Position numbers and translations under genes: made by a program
The notes under the pieces: generated by a model
The model's input: the letters and a program-made list of their open reading frames with translations, nothing else
The model's database searches: none
Told to the model about the DNA's origin: nothing
Source: an uncultured candidate division Zixibacteria bacterium
GTDB lineage: Bacteria > Zixibacteria > MSB-5A5 > GN15 > FEB-12
Direction of reading: 5' to 3'
Assembly: GCA_963735035.1 (NCBI GenBank)
Contig: CAVTJJ010000004.1
Location: 544,001-608,000 of the forward strand
Length of the DNA stretch: 64,000 nucleotides
In this document: piece by piece, positions 54,163-64,000 of the stretch
Layout: each line of letters begins with the position of its first letter
Position numbering within the stretch: position 1 is the first letter of the stretch

Positions 54163-55887
54163 TTAGTCCATCGACGTGTATCGGTACGGATAATAGTGCG
54201 GGTCCCACATAGCGCCGCGAATCAGTTCGGCCAGGTGCTCGTCCGATGTAATCATCCCCAGACCGTCCTCACGCGCCTGCTTTGCAACGGCCATTGCGAC
54301 TGTAAATGACACTTCGCGCGTGTTCTTCAGCGGCGGCAGGAGCGCACCCTTAGCGCGCTGGTCGGCTGTCACCATGTCGGAGATGGCGCAGGTGGCCGCG
54401 TGGAACATCCGGTAGCTGATTTTCTGCGCCTGACAGACAATTGCACCCAGACCGAGACCGGGGAAGACATACAGATTATTGCACTGCGAAATCGCAATCT
54501 CGCGACCATCCGGGCCGGAGACAGGAGCAGACGGGCTCCCGGTGGCTATCAGAGCGCGACCGTTGGTGGCAGCGATGGCAATTTCCGGAGTTGTTTCACA
54601 GCAAGAGGTCGGGTTAGACAACGCCAGGACAACCGGCCGTTCGCAATTTGCCGCCATGGTCTTGAGAATTGTCTCGTTGAACGCCCCGCCCTGGCCGGAC
54701 AGGCCGATCAGTGTCGTGATCCGCGCATACTTGACAACATCATCAAGTTTGGGCGGACGGTCTTTGGCCACTTTCCAGTCCGCTATAGCAGCGCGCGGCT
54801 GGAGGAAATTGACCTGATACGGGTCAGTCGAGTCACCTTCGAGCAGGAGACCGTTGATATCAATCGCGTAGATTCTACGGCGGGCTTCGGCCACCGACAG
54901 GCCCCCTTCGGCCGTCATCAGTGTTACCAGTGCATTGGCGACGCCACTTCCAGCCTGACCAAAACCGAGTATCGCGAAACGTTCTTCCGAGAGAGGTCGT
55001 TTCGTTATCTGAGATGCCGTCCGGAAAGCGGCCGCCGCGGTCGCGCCCGTCCCCTGGATGTCATCGTTGAAACTCAGGATACGATCATGATAGCGCTGAA
55101 GCAGCGTAGCGGCATGTTGTTTGCCGAAATCTTCCCATTGCAGGAGGGCGCGGGGGAAGACCCGCTTTACGCCTTGAACGAAACGCTCGATGACTTCATA
55201 ATACGCTTCACCGGTCAGTCGCTTCTGACGAATTCCAATATAGAGCGGATCGTTCAGCAACCGTTCATTGTTGGTGCCGACATCAATAGTCACCGGGCAG
55301 GTAGAGGCCGGGTGGATACCGGCTGCCGCGACATAAAGAGCGATCTTGCCCACCGGGATACCCATGCCGTCGGCGCCGAGATCGCCCAATCCGAGAATGC
55401 GTTCGCCGTCAGTGGCGACCAATAACGATATGTTGGGTAGTCCGACATTCTTGAGAATCTGCTCGACATTGTCAACGTTGTTCGGCGAAATGTAGATGCC
55501 TCGCCAGCGCCGAATGATATGCGAGAGGGTCATGCAGGCCTGACCGACCGTAGGCGTGTACACGATCGGCAGCATCTCCTCGATGTTCCGCGTCAGTTGG
55601 GCGTAGAAGATCGTCTCGTTGCGATCGAGCAAACCGATCAAGGTGACATATCTCTCGAGGTCAGTGGTCTTCATTCGGAACATGTCGTAGCTGCGCTGAA
55701 GCTGTACGTCGAGTTCCGCGACCGGTTCCGGCAAGAGCCCGGCGAGGTCGAACTCGGCTCGCTCCAACCTGGGGAACGCCTGGCCCTTGTTAAGCAGCGG
55801 ATCAGCCATCAGGGTCTGTCCCTTCTGAGGGACGGCATAATATATTTCGTGGGTCAGAGGATCGACCCGCATTTCAAAACGTTTCAT
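54163..55887 (-). CDS. maeA: NAD-dependent malic enzyme
   Basis: PLLNKG.AF, PIVYTPTVG, TDGERILGLGD, DVGTNN, QWEDF, FNDDIQGT, LSNPT, QCNN.Y.FPG. Confidence 0.94.
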   Translation of the reverse strand: MKRFEMRVDPLTHEIYYAVPQKGQTLMADPLLNKGQAFPRLERAEFDLAGLLPEPVAELDVQLQRSYDMFRMKTTDLERYVTLIGLLDRNETIFYAQLTRNIEEMLPIVYTPTVGQACMTLSHIIRRWRGIYISPNNVDNVEQILKNVGLPNISLLVATDGERILGLGDLGADGMGIPVGKIALYVAAAGIHPASTCPVTIDVGTNNERLLNDPLYIGIRQKRLTGEAYYEVIERFVQGVKRVFPRALLQWEDFGKQHAATLLQRYHDRILSFNDDIQGTGATAAAAFRTASQITKRPLSEERFAILGFGQAGSGVANALVTLMTAEGGLSVAEARRRIYAIDINGLLLEGDSTDPYQVNFLQPRAAIADWKVAKDRPPKLDDVVKYARITTLIGLSGQGGAFNETILKTMAANCERPVVLALSNPTSCCETTPEIAIAATNGRALIATGSPSAPVSGPDGREIAISQCNNLYVFPGLGLGAIVCQAQKISYRMFHAATCAISDMVTADQRAKGALLPPLKNTREVSFTVAMAVAKQAREDGLGMITSDEHLAELIRGAMWDPHYYPYRYTSMD

Positions 55888-56009
55888 CGATACTTCTCCT
55901 TAGTGACCGCCCCTGTTGGCGGTTGGGAGGGAAGATGGACGCAGCAACTCAGGATGTCAAGAGTTGCGTTGACATGGGAAATACAAGAAGAAATGGCGGC
56001 AAATAGGCA

Positions 56010-56426
56010 TTATCTCAGTTCGAGATAGTAGTGAATCGATGCTATCGTGAGACCCAGGCCGATGCCCAAATAAATCGGTGCAATGAACACCTTGGAAATC
56101 GGCAAGTGCCGAAGCGTGTACCCCATCAGGATCATCACCGGGACAATCAGATAGCCGCGCCAGTGTTGAAAGGCGAAAATGCAAACGCGGTCTTTCTCCG
56201 GTGCGAGGTGATGAACCCGGGAGATATTCTCCCGCACGAGTCGCAGGAAGCCGAACCGATAGATGAACCATCCGGCAATGAGGCCAAGGCAGAGTGCGGG
56301 CAGGACATACACAACTGCATTAAGCAGCCAGAACGCGGCGGCGGCGACTAGTCCTAGACCGACCGCTGACCAGACCAGTCCGGCTATCAAGAAGAGGGTT
56401 GTTCTTTTTGCTGCCGGGTCTTGCAT
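56010..56426 (-). CDS. Hypothetical membrane protein
   Basis: Four hydrophobic segments; CIFAFQ.W..Y motif; start may be 56432. Confidence 0.7.
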   Translation of the reverse strand: MQDPAAKRTTLFLIAGLVWSAVGLGLVAAAAFWLLNAVVYVLPALCLGLIAGWFIYRFGFLRLVRENISRVHHLAPEKDRVCIFAFQHWRGYLIVPVMILMGYTLRHLPISKVFIAPIYLGIGLGLTIASIHYYLELR

Positions 56427-56512
56427 GTACAATTTACTCGGTTCAGAAGGTCCAGAAGTTTTTCATAGCGATAATTTGCGACAGCCGGAAGGCTGTCATA
56501 CCTGCGGAGGCC

Positions 56513-56684
56513 TGTTGACAAAATCTCTTTCCTGTCATCGCGAGTCTCGACTGCGCTTCGCGGACGAGACGTGGCGATCTCAAACTATACTGGCACAACG
56601 AGCTTGAGATTGCCACGCTACGATGCCCCGCCTCGCGGCGGACCATCTCCGCTCGCAATGACGAATAGGCATGGTTCTTCAACA
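56513..56684. mobile_element. 172-bp MITE-like element, copy 1
   Basis: Ends TGTTGA..TCAACA; internal GTCATCGCGAG..GCGATCTC / GAGATTGC..CTCGCAATGAC; same-length inverse copy at 61923-62094. Confidence 0.7.
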
Positions 56685-56753
56685 CTTCCCGCCACGGGGG
56701 TGACGGAACCGGTGGTTCCGTATTGTTGTCATCGGCAAATTCGTGACGACCTC

Positions 56754-57275
56754 TCAAAACCAGGTTCCTTCACGGTAGCGACGATAGTCATCGCCGTACC
56801 GTTTCTCCAAAGCATCTTCTTCAACCCATCGCCAATAGAATATGTTTCCGATGCCAAACGTGCCGGCGATTATACTTATGCCGGCAGCCTGATAAAGAAG
56901 CCAGCCCAGAATCCAGAGCATGAACCCGGTGTACATCGGATGACGAAGCCTGGCGAACAGTCCCCCGGTTATCAGATGATCGATATTGTCCACGCCCCTC
57001 AATTGTAGCAGGGCGCCTACTGCCAGGCACCAGCCGAGAATCACGATGCCGAGACCGGCCCACTTTACGATTCCCAGCAGCACCAATGGACGAGGGTCCG
57101 AGGTACACATGATGAACCAACTCAGCCAGAGAATGAGCATGGTCAGGGCGACGAGTGCGAAGACAGGTCGGTTCTCCGCTCTGATCTTGCCGCTTCGCTT
57201 CAGACACTCATAGCCGGACCGGACCACCATACCAATGGTGAACAGACTGAACAGGCACCAATAGTCCGGAATCAT
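56754..57275 (-). CDS. Isoprenylcysteine carboxylmethyltransferase family protein
   Basis: LITGGLF..LRHPMY.G, EE..L...YG..Y..Y. Confidence 0.85.
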   Translation of the reverse strand: MIPDYWCLFSLFTIGMVVRSGYECLKRSGKIRAENRPVFALVALTMLILWLSWFIMCTSDPRPLVLLGIVKWAGLGIVILGWCLAVGALLQLRGVDNIDHLITGGLFARLRHPMYTGFMLWILGWLLYQAAGISIIAGTFGIGNIFYWRWVEEDALEKRYGDDYRRYREGTWF

Positions 57276-57285
57276 GCTGCGCCTC

Positions 57286-59100
57286 TTAGAACACTCCGAA
57301 GTAGAACAGGATCGGCAGGATCAGTCCGGCGATCAGAGCCTCGCCGCCGATGAATCCCGACGCCACAGTCACGTAATTGCGTTCGTATGACTCTGGAGAT
57401 GACTTCTGCCATATCCAGCCAATGATCGACCCGATACCTATCGGTATGTTCAATGTACCCGGTAATATCAACGCGAAACCGAAGCCGCCGGCGCTCGGCA
57501 GCCAATGCCAGCCTAATTTGTCCTTGCAGAGGGCTATCGCCACACCTACGAAAGAGGCGATCACGGTCCACAGGAGTGCGCCGGGTGGAAAAGCAGAATA
57601 CCCCTTGGACATAAGCACCGCCATGTTGGCGAGTTTCAATCCGGTGGGCGCCGCGAGGCCATCGCCGCCGAGGCCGTAGTGCCCGATCAGGATTGGGTAC
57701 ATGATTGCCACCGCGCCCGCCCCAATCGGCACTGCCCAGAACTGCACCCAGGTAAGTACTCTGGGGGTAGAGCCGACCAGTTTGCCGGTCTTGAACACTT
57801 GCATCAACCCTTCACCTTGCGAATTGATATTCCCCGCCATACCGGCCGCCACCAGGTTGTGACCGATGGCAGGCGAGAAGGCGCGGAAAATCGCCTGCAG
57901 CGTGTTGGCCATCAGCGACACCGGACCATTGTTGGTTTCGCCGAGCACCCGCACACCGACCAGAATCAACGGCAGGCCACACACGACCGCAGCCACCGTC
58001 TGCCAGTAGGGCATCTGAAAATGTACGTTCTGTATCCAGGCGAGAAGAATCGTAAACAGAGTGCTCATAATGATGATCGTGCGAAGCGAGACATCGGTTC
58101 TCTCGTGACCGGGTGCTTTGGCCGCCCTTAGCTCGCGGAACATGGAGACGATCGAGCGCCACTTGAGCGCTACTGCTGTCATAGCGGCAAAGATCATGAT
58201 TGCGGTCGCGGGCCACATGAACCAAAGCAGCACGATCGGGAAATGGTCGCCGGCCAGGTAGTTTCTCATCATGCCGCCGTGTTGTGCCAGGAATTCGGTT
58301 TGAGCGGCATCAAGACTGCTTAACGTCGCCAATGACTGTACCTGGTCCCAATATTGAGGTGCGACACTGTTGCGGACTATGAACATGCCCGCTTTTTCCA
58401 TTACCATCGGGCCGAAGAGCCAGACTACCGCCGACCCGAGTAGCATCGACAGGCCGACATTCAAACCGATCAGGAGACCGGTCCCTATGTTCAGGAATCC
58501 CCATTCGAAGCCTACTCGAAAACGGCTGGCGATATTGAGGTTGGGCAGCCACAAGAGGGCGTCGCGGAAGAATGACGCCACTGCACCCACCAACGAGCTT
58601 ACTCCGAGAACTCTCAACCGGGAGCCGGACGCCGCTCCCTGGTCGAGCACGTTGATAGTCTCGGCGGCGGCAACACCGTCGGCGAAAATCATCTCCGGGT
58701 CATCGACAAAATACCGACGGAACATCGCCGAGAAGAACACGCCGATGGCGCCGGAGCAACTCAGCCAGGTGAACATCTCCCATGGCGAGATGTTTACTTT
58801 GACGTCCACCGATTCGTTCATCGAGAGGTAACCGAATGCGGCCGCAACCACGCACATGAAAGCCGTGGACACCGCCGACGTCGCTGCCGACTGAATGATG
58901 TTGTTCTGGATGGCGTTATTGCCTTTGGTCTGCCAGGCAGTGGCGGACAAAAATAGGGCGCCCAGGAACGCGGCCAGGACACTCATGTTCGGCCCCATGC
59001 CGAGCTTCAGAACAATGTACGGGTAAGCCATCGAAATAATGGCCGAGACCACGATCGCGCCGACCACTGATTGCCAGGTGATTTCCGGTTTGTGTGACAT
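57286..59100 (-). CDS. OPT family oligopeptide transporter
   Basis: LKLGMGP, NNIIQS, F.DGVAAAE, GETN, FKTG.LVG.TPR, ASGFIGGEAL; start reset to ATG 59100 (GAGGTG RBS). Confidence 0.88.
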   Translation of the reverse strand: MSHKPEITWQSVVGAIVVSAIISMAYPYIVLKLGMGPNMSVLAAFLGALFLSATAWQTKGNNAIQNNIIQSAATSAVSTAFMCVVAAAFGYLSMNESVDVKVNISPWEMFTWLSCSGAIGVFFSAMFRRYFVDDPEMIFADGVAAAETINVLDQGAASGSRLRVLGVSSLVGAVASFFRDALLWLPNLNIASRFRVGFEWGFLNIGTGLLIGLNVGLSMLLGSAVVWLFGPMVMEKAGMFIVRNSVAPQYWDQVQSLATLSSLDAAQTEFLAQHGGMMRNYLAGDHFPIVLLWFMWPATAIMIFAAMTAVALKWRSIVSMFRELRAAKAPGHERTDVSLRTIIIMSTLFTILLAWIQNVHFQMPYWQTVAAVVCGLPLILVGVRVLGETNNGPVSLMANTLQAIFRAFSPAIGHNLVAAGMAGNINSQGEGLMQVFKTGKLVGSTPRVLTWVQFWAVPIGAGAVAIMYPILIGHYGLGGDGLAAPTGLKLANMAVLMSKGYSAFPPGALLWTVIASFVGVAIALCKDKLGWHWLPSAGGFGFALILPGTLNIPIGIGSIIGWIWQKSSPESYERNYVTVASGFIGGEALIAGLILPILFYFGVF

Positions 59101-59347
59101 CAACACCTCGTCGGTTGTTTGCTTTGTCAGTTGGAAATCATGGTAGCACGAAATTGGTTGCCAAGTCAAGCTTTTGAGTGTTCTGTGGGCGGCAGACCTC
59201 CCGGTCTGCCCCTCAGGGGCACACGGGACCCCCGATCAAGTCGGGGGCAGGCAGTGTGCCGCCCACGAAGGTCGTCAAACGCACCAAGAAAAGAGCGGGC
59301 GATGTTTCCATCACCCGCTCTGGTATTCCCATGAAAGAGTCTAAAAC

Positions 59348-60625
59348 CTAGAACGCGAAATCCAGCAACAACGCAAAATGATTGGTCGTGGATTTCTCAG
59401 TATCTCCTTGGATGCGATGCGTGAACTCGCCATGCAAAGCGACATTCACCGCGGTCCAATCGCCCAGATAATACCGCGCCAGTACCGAGAAAGCGTTAAC
59501 CTTGCTATTCTCGTCAGTGGCGGGCGGCTTCACCCAATTATAAAGCACCGACCCCACGAGCCGGTTATTCATCATGAGGGCACAATCGAGCTGCGCGAAG
59601 CCGCCCGTGAACTTGTAGTCCTCGGCGATGGCGCTGTCGGCCGGGACACCGATATTTCGGATGGCCATGTTGTCGACACCCTGCATGAACATCCCGTGAA
59701 GATTGAAAGTCCGCCAGTTGAAGCTGACATCTCCGCCCAGGCGACGGAATGCCTTGTTGTTGTGGCCGGAACCCGTGCCATCAGGGCTCGTGGTGGTAAG
59801 GAGATGGGTAGTAGGCTGCATGCCGAAATAGCCGAACACCCCGACCCGATGCCCGGCATTCTGGCCTTCGCCGCGCCCAATGACCTGCGCCAGTCGGAAG
59901 TAAACATCCTTGGCATTACTGTTGTCCGGATTGGCGCCATTGCCGTTGACCACGCCGAAGCCGTAGCGGAGACCCTTCTTGAAATGTCCGGTGACTTCAA
60001 TTCCGATCTGGTTGTCATCGAACACGAAATCATTGAATGGGGTAGAGAAGGTGTACACTTCATACGGCTGCATCAGGTAGAACGACCTCTTGCTGCTGAA
60101 CGGGTGATAAGCCGGTTCAAACCGTCCGACCCGAAGATTCACGGCATCCTTCACGATGTTACTGAACACCAGGTTGGCCGATTCGAGAACACCCAGTTGA
60201 CTCGGATTGGAACCGTTGCTTGCTCCGGTGTAGTCGGCGGCTGGTTCGTCCAGTCGAGGTGTGTAGATCATCAGGAACGAGACGTTCTTGTGAAGCACGC
60301 CGGCGGCCAGTAGGTCAAGACCGTTCAAGGCGAAGCTGAAGCTGTCGTCTTTACTCTGATGCGATGACAGCAGGCCGAAACTGGTGCGAAGGGCCAGTGG
60401 GACGGTCGACTCTATCACGTTCTTTTCCATCCCCTCCTGATCCGGCATCTGATAGCCGTAATCGCGGAATCTTTGGCCAAAATCATTCAGCTTGGTGTAG
60501 GCAGTGTGACACATGTTGCAGTTGAAACCGTACTTCCGGGCGAACGCCGGTATAGCCTGACTCAACTGAGGGATCAGCAGAATCAGGCCGAGGGCCATCA
60601 CGCTTGATCGTATTGTTTTACTCAC
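59348..60625 (-). CDS. Cyc2-like monoheme cytochrome-porin fusion
   Basis: Signal peptide then IPAFARKYGFNCNMCHT.Y.KLN.FG..F...GY; beta-strand-rich body ending in Phe (LDFAF). Confidence 0.75.
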   Translation of the reverse strand: MSKTIRSSVMALGLILLIPQLSQAIPAFARKYGFNCNMCHTAYTKLNDFGQRFRDYGYQMPDQEGMEKNVIESTVPLALRTSFGLLSSHQSKDDSFSFALNGLDLLAAGVLHKNVSFLMIYTPRLDEPAADYTGASNGSNPSQLGVLESANLVFSNIVKDAVNLRVGRFEPAYHPFSSKRSFYLMQPYEVYTFSTPFNDFVFDDNQIGIEVTGHFKKGLRYGFGVVNGNGANPDNSNAKDVYFRLAQVIGRGEGQNAGHRVGVFGYFGMQPTTHLLTTTSPDGTGSGHNNKAFRRLGGDVSFNWRTFNLHGMFMQGVDNMAIRNIGVPADSAIAEDYKFTGGFAQLDCALMMNNRLVGSVLYNWVKPPATDENSKVNAFSVLARYYLGDWTAVNVALHGEFTHRIQGDTEKSTTNHFALLLDFAF

Positions 60626-60636
60626 GACTGCCTCCT

Positions 60637-61707
60637 TTACTTCGGTAGTTCGTCCGGCGGGATCGGTTTTTCGTTGGCCACTGAGGGATTCGTGCTGACG
60701 GCCGCCCGATTCAAGAAGGCAACCAGAGCTCCGATCTCTTTTTGAGAGAGTCCCATCGGCAGCATGAGGGGATCCAGGTTGGTGTCATCCGGCCCACCGC
60801 CCCGATTATAGAGACGTATTACGTCATCCAGAGTCTTCTCCGTACCGTTGTGCAAATAGGGTGCGCGCGACGCGACGTCACGCATTGTCGGCGTCTTGAA
60901 TTTGCCCACATCGGACGTATCTTTAGTCACCGCCTGTCGACCTATGTCGGTCTTGGCTCCGGCGGCCGGGGCGACCCCAAGATTGTGGAAACGGCCGTCA
61001 CTGAAATAACTTCCCCAGTGACAAAGCGTACAACGACCCTTGCCGTTGAAAATCTCCAGTCCTTTGGTCTCTAACTTGGTGAGAGCCGATTGATCACCCC
61101 GGACATAGCGATCGAACGGCGAATCGGTGGTCACAATCGTGCGCTCATAAGCGGCGATTGCTTTCGCCACTTGGTCGAGTGTGATCGGAGTGGTGCCGAA
61201 CACGTTCTTGAAGGCGTCGACATACCCCTGGTTGTAACCCACCGTGCGAAGCATGTCATCGTGGGTGTTGCCCATCTCGATAGGATTGGCAATCGGCCCC
61301 TTGGCCTGCTCTTCCAGGCTGGGGGCGCGGCCGTCCCAGAATTGCAGCGGAGAGTAGGCGGCGTTCACAACGGGGGGAGCGCGCCGTCCGCCTCGCTGAC
61401 TCTTGATCCCTTCGCTGGTCGGACCGGCGTCGGACCAACCCATTGTCGGACTGTGGCAGGTGGCGCAGGCGATTGTGCTGTCCTTGGAAAGTCTCTTGTC
61501 GTAATAGAGTTGCTTACCCAGCAGTACCTTGGCGTCGGTTTGCGGGTTGTCGTTAGGCACCATTACCGGTGGCAGATTTCCCAATCTCTCGGGGCCGAGA
61601 GACTGAACATTGACAGTTGTGATTGGGGGAGCCTGGTTGTCGGCGGCGATTACGAATGATCCCATGACCAACCCGCCCAGGACAATCAATGTGAAGTGTT
61701 TTCCCAT
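60637..61707 (-). CDS. Diheme cytochrome c peroxidase / MauG superfamily protein
   Basis: CATCH and CTLCH, QFWDGRA..LEEQA.GP, FKTPT.R, PYLHNG; start reset to ATG 61707. Confidence 0.92.
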   Translation of the reverse strand: MGKHFTLIVLGGLVMGSFVIAADNQAPPITTVNVQSLGPERLGNLPPVMVPNDNPQTDAKVLLGKQLYYDKRLSKDSTIACATCHSPTMGWSDAGPTSEGIKSQRGGRRAPPVVNAAYSPLQFWDGRAPSLEEQAKGPIANPIEMGNTHDDMLRTVGYNQGYVDAFKNVFGTTPITLDQVAKAIAAYERTIVTTDSPFDRYVRGDQSALTKLETKGLEIFNGKGRCTLCHWGSYFSDGRFHNLGVAPAAGAKTDIGRQAVTKDTSDVGKFKTPTMRDVASRAPYLHNGTEKTLDDVIRLYNRGGGPDDTNLDPLMLPMGLSQKEIGALVAFLNRAAVSTNPSVANEKPIPPDELPK

Positions 61708-61922
61708 CTCATCCCTTCCTTTCTGATCGCCGGTTGGCAAGATCAGGCAAAACATCGCCAGAATTGGCGATCTTCTAATCCAAGATCGTTGTGCTGCAAT
61801 ATAAGGTCAACAGTAAACTTAGCAGCTCTACGCGCGACCGTTGTCTTGGTGATCACTTCTCCGTGGGGGCTAGACCTTCCGGCTCGCCCCTCAGCGGCAC
61901 ACGCGGCACTCGATCAATGGCC

Positions 61923-62094
61923 TGTTGAAAAAGCCTGTCTAATCGTCATTGCGAGCGGAGATGTCCCGTCACCAGGCGGGACAGCGTAGCGCGGCAATCT
62001 CAAGTTCGTTGTCGCAGCGTCATTTGAGATCGCCACGTCTCGCCCGCGAAGCGCGGTCGAAACTCGCGATGACGGGGAAGGGACTTTCTCAACA
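61923..62094. mobile_element. 172-bp MITE-like element, copy 2 (inverse orientation)
   Basis: Reverse complement aligns end to end with 56513-56684. Confidence 0.7.
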
Positions 62095-62222
62095 CTCCCT
62101 CAACTCGGGGGCAGGCAGTGTGCCACCGGCGATATTGTCCTTCAGTGGTTCCTAAGGCGAGACTTCCGACATCGTAGATAATTGTAACCCAAGATTGTTT
62201 TCTATCGTATATAGCCACTGAA

Positions 62223-63110
62223 ATGATCAGCGTTAAGTCTCTTGCCAAGAAGTTCGGTGCCATCACGGCTGTCGATGGAATCTCATTCACCATCGCGCCC
62301 GGTTCACTGTTCGGACTATTGGGGCCGAACGGAGCCGGGAAGAGCACGACTATTAATATGATGGTAGGGGCGCTGGCTCCCGACAGTGGGACAGTCAGCA
62401 TCGATGGCACCAATGATCCCACCCAACCGTCAGTGCGGGCGAAAATCGGCAATGCGCCTCAGGCATTGGCGATCTATGAAGACCTTACGGCCGAAGAGAA
62501 CCTGGCCTTTTTCGCCAGGCTCTACGGTTTGCACGGAGCCATGTTGAAAGAACGGGTGGCGTTCTGTCTGGATTTTGCGGGATTGACCGAGCGCAAAGCC
62601 GACCGGGTGGGAACTTACTCCGGCGGCATGAAACGTCGCCTCAACATGGCCTGTGCAATTGTCCACGATCCGCAGATAATCTTATTCGATGAACCGACCG
62701 TCGGTGTCGATCCACAGTCGCGCTATCTAATCTTCGATCAGATCGACCGTCTGCGGCGCGAAGGCCGCACGATAGTCTATACCACCCACTACATGGAAGA
62801 GGCCCAGCGGCTGTGTGACACGGTGGCGATCATCGATCACGGCAAGATCTTAGAATTGGATTCCGTACACAATCTGATAGCGCGACATGGCGGCAAAGCG
62901 GTCGTGACGGCCGAGCTCGATAAAGTTCCCGAGGGTAAGCAACTTCCTGGAGCAGTGATCGAAGGACAACTACGATTCGAGAGCGACCGGCCGTTGGAGG
63001 ATGTCGCTCGACTGCATGCGGACGGGATCGAATTCCACACGCTCAAAGTAGACAATCCCGATCTGGAATCGGTATTCCTGAATCTTACCGGACGGAGGTT
63101 GCGCGACTGA
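62223..63110 (+). CDS. ABC-2 type transporter ATP-binding protein
   Basis: [34 protein letters not shown]. Confidence 0.94.
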   Translation: MISVKSLAKKFGAITAVDGISFTIAPGSLFGLLGPNGAGKSTTINMMVGALAPDSGTVSIDGTNDPTQPSVRAKIGNAPQALAIYEDLTAEENLAFFARLYGLHGAMLKERVAFCLDFAGLTERKADRVGTYSGGMKRRLNMACAIVHDPQIILFDEPTVGVDPQSRYLIFDQIDRLRREGRTIVYTTHYMEEAQRLCDTVAIIDHGKILELDSVHNLIARHGGKAVVTAELDKVPEGKQLPGAVIEGQLRFESDRPLEDVARLHADGIEFHTLKVDNPDLESVFLNLTGRRLRD

Positions 63111-64000
63111 TGCGGGTTGCCTTTACGATAGCCCTGAAGGACCTCCGTCAGCTCTGGCGCGACCGGTTCGGACTGTTCTGGGTTCTGATGTTCCCGTTGC
63201 TCATGGCACTTTTCTTTGGCGCCATGTATTCCGGGGGGGACGACTCGGTCCGGAAGCTCAGGGTGGCGTGGGTGAATGAGAATGTGTCTGAACCCGCCGC
63301 CAAGTATCGGGGCGAACTGGCTAAATCAAGCGCGCTGACGATGATCGACTTGCCGATGGATTCGGCTCGCCAGGCGGTGGCCTCCGGCAAACTCGTGGCC
63401 TACATTCAGTATCTGCCCACCGATTCGGCAGGCACGACATATTTCGGACCGACACCTGGGAATATCAAGGTGGGGATAGATCCATCGCGCAAAGCCGAGG
63501 CGGGCTATCTCGAAGGCATTCTGACTCAGGCATATTTCAATCGCATGCAGAGCATGTTCACGAATTATTCGGGTGCCCGCGATTGGATTCGACAGGGGAT
63601 GGCGGGAATCGACAGTGCCCCCGGAATGACGCCGGAGCAGAAATCCGGATACTTGAGTTCACTTAAGCTTTTCGACACCGCCATGGCGAGCATCGCCCGA
63701 GTCGACAGCGGTGCCGACTCGAATGCGTCGAACGCTTCCCCGTTCGGGAAAGTGAATCTCAAATTCGAAGATGTTGCCGTGGCGCACCAGGGTCCGCGCT
63801 CAAGCTGGGAGATAACATTCCCGCAATCGCTGCAGTGGGCGATGATCGGCTGCGTGGCGGCGTTTGCTCTGGGGCTCGTGGTTGAGCGCACACGCGGAAC
63901 TTACATGAGACTGAGACTGGCGCCCATTACCCGCACGCAAATACTCGCGGGCAAAGGACTGGCCTGTTTTATGGCCAGTACTTCGGTTTGCCTGCTCCTG
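63110..64000 (+). CDS. ABC-2 type transporter permease (3'-truncated by window edge)
   Basis: ATG overlapping the ATPase stop: [30 protein letters not shown]...; later ERTRGTYMRLRLAP...ILAGK. Confidence 0.88.
   Translation, partial: MRVAFTIALKDLRQLWRDRFGLFWVLMFPLLMALFFGAMYSGGDDSVRKLRVAWVNENVSEPAAKYRGELAKSSALTMIDLPMDSARQAVASGKLVAYIQYLPTDSAGTTYFGPTPGNIKVGIDPSRKAEAGYLEGILTQAYFNRMQSMFTNYSGARDWIRQGMAGIDSAPGMTPEQKSGYLSSLKLFDTAMASIARVDSGADSNASNASPFGKVNLKFEDVAVAHQGPRSSWEITFPQSLQWAMIGCVAAFALGLVVERTRGTYMRLRLAPITRTQILAGKGLACFMASTSVCLLL

Noticed and set aside
54400..55425. Long antisense ORFs (also 44062-45021, 59378-60313, 16187-17008, 11888-12769)
   Set aside because: Shadow frames of well-supported genes in GC-rich DNA; no recognisable domains

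Overview
Bacterial chromosomal window from a GC-rich diderm; LPS/heptose genes and gene content are compatible with a Zixibacteria-like lineage, which is inference only. It holds mostly housekeeping and envelope genes: trpS-scpA-scpB-rluB, a MacA/MacB/TolC-like set with waaF, split hldA/hldC, accB, a PilT/PilU ATPase, a sigma54 two-component system, lemA-TPM, mprF-acvB, malic enzyme, two OPT transporters and tRNA-Ser(TGA). Intergenic spaces are dense with REP-like and MITE-like palindromic repeats. The standout is a candidate undescribed RiPP locus at about 15130-18414. Two tandem paralogous small ORFs that the ORF track does not call at their true size (MKLIQLPGLESHPKPPLCIAKGPLYIICGHY, 15359-15454; MKLIQLPGMEPVEQKPCPSKGIWYIICSIH, 15852-15944) share a leader-like MKLIQLPG(L/M)E and a core-like CxxKGxxYIIC motif. 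Each has its own duplicated sigma70 promoter, ~190-nt conserved leader, RBS and downstream hairpin, and they are followed by two translationally coupled radical SAM/SPASM enzymes. Other notable items: a Cyc2-like cytochrome-porin in an operon with a MauG-type diheme enzyme, a receiver-HPF/RaiA-like fusion, a GpgS-like glycosyltransferase-HAD fusion, a synonymously recoded duplicate of a gene 3' end, and a frameshifted FRG-domain gene. All family calls come from motif recognition by eye; no database searches were run. Repeat boundaries are approximate.
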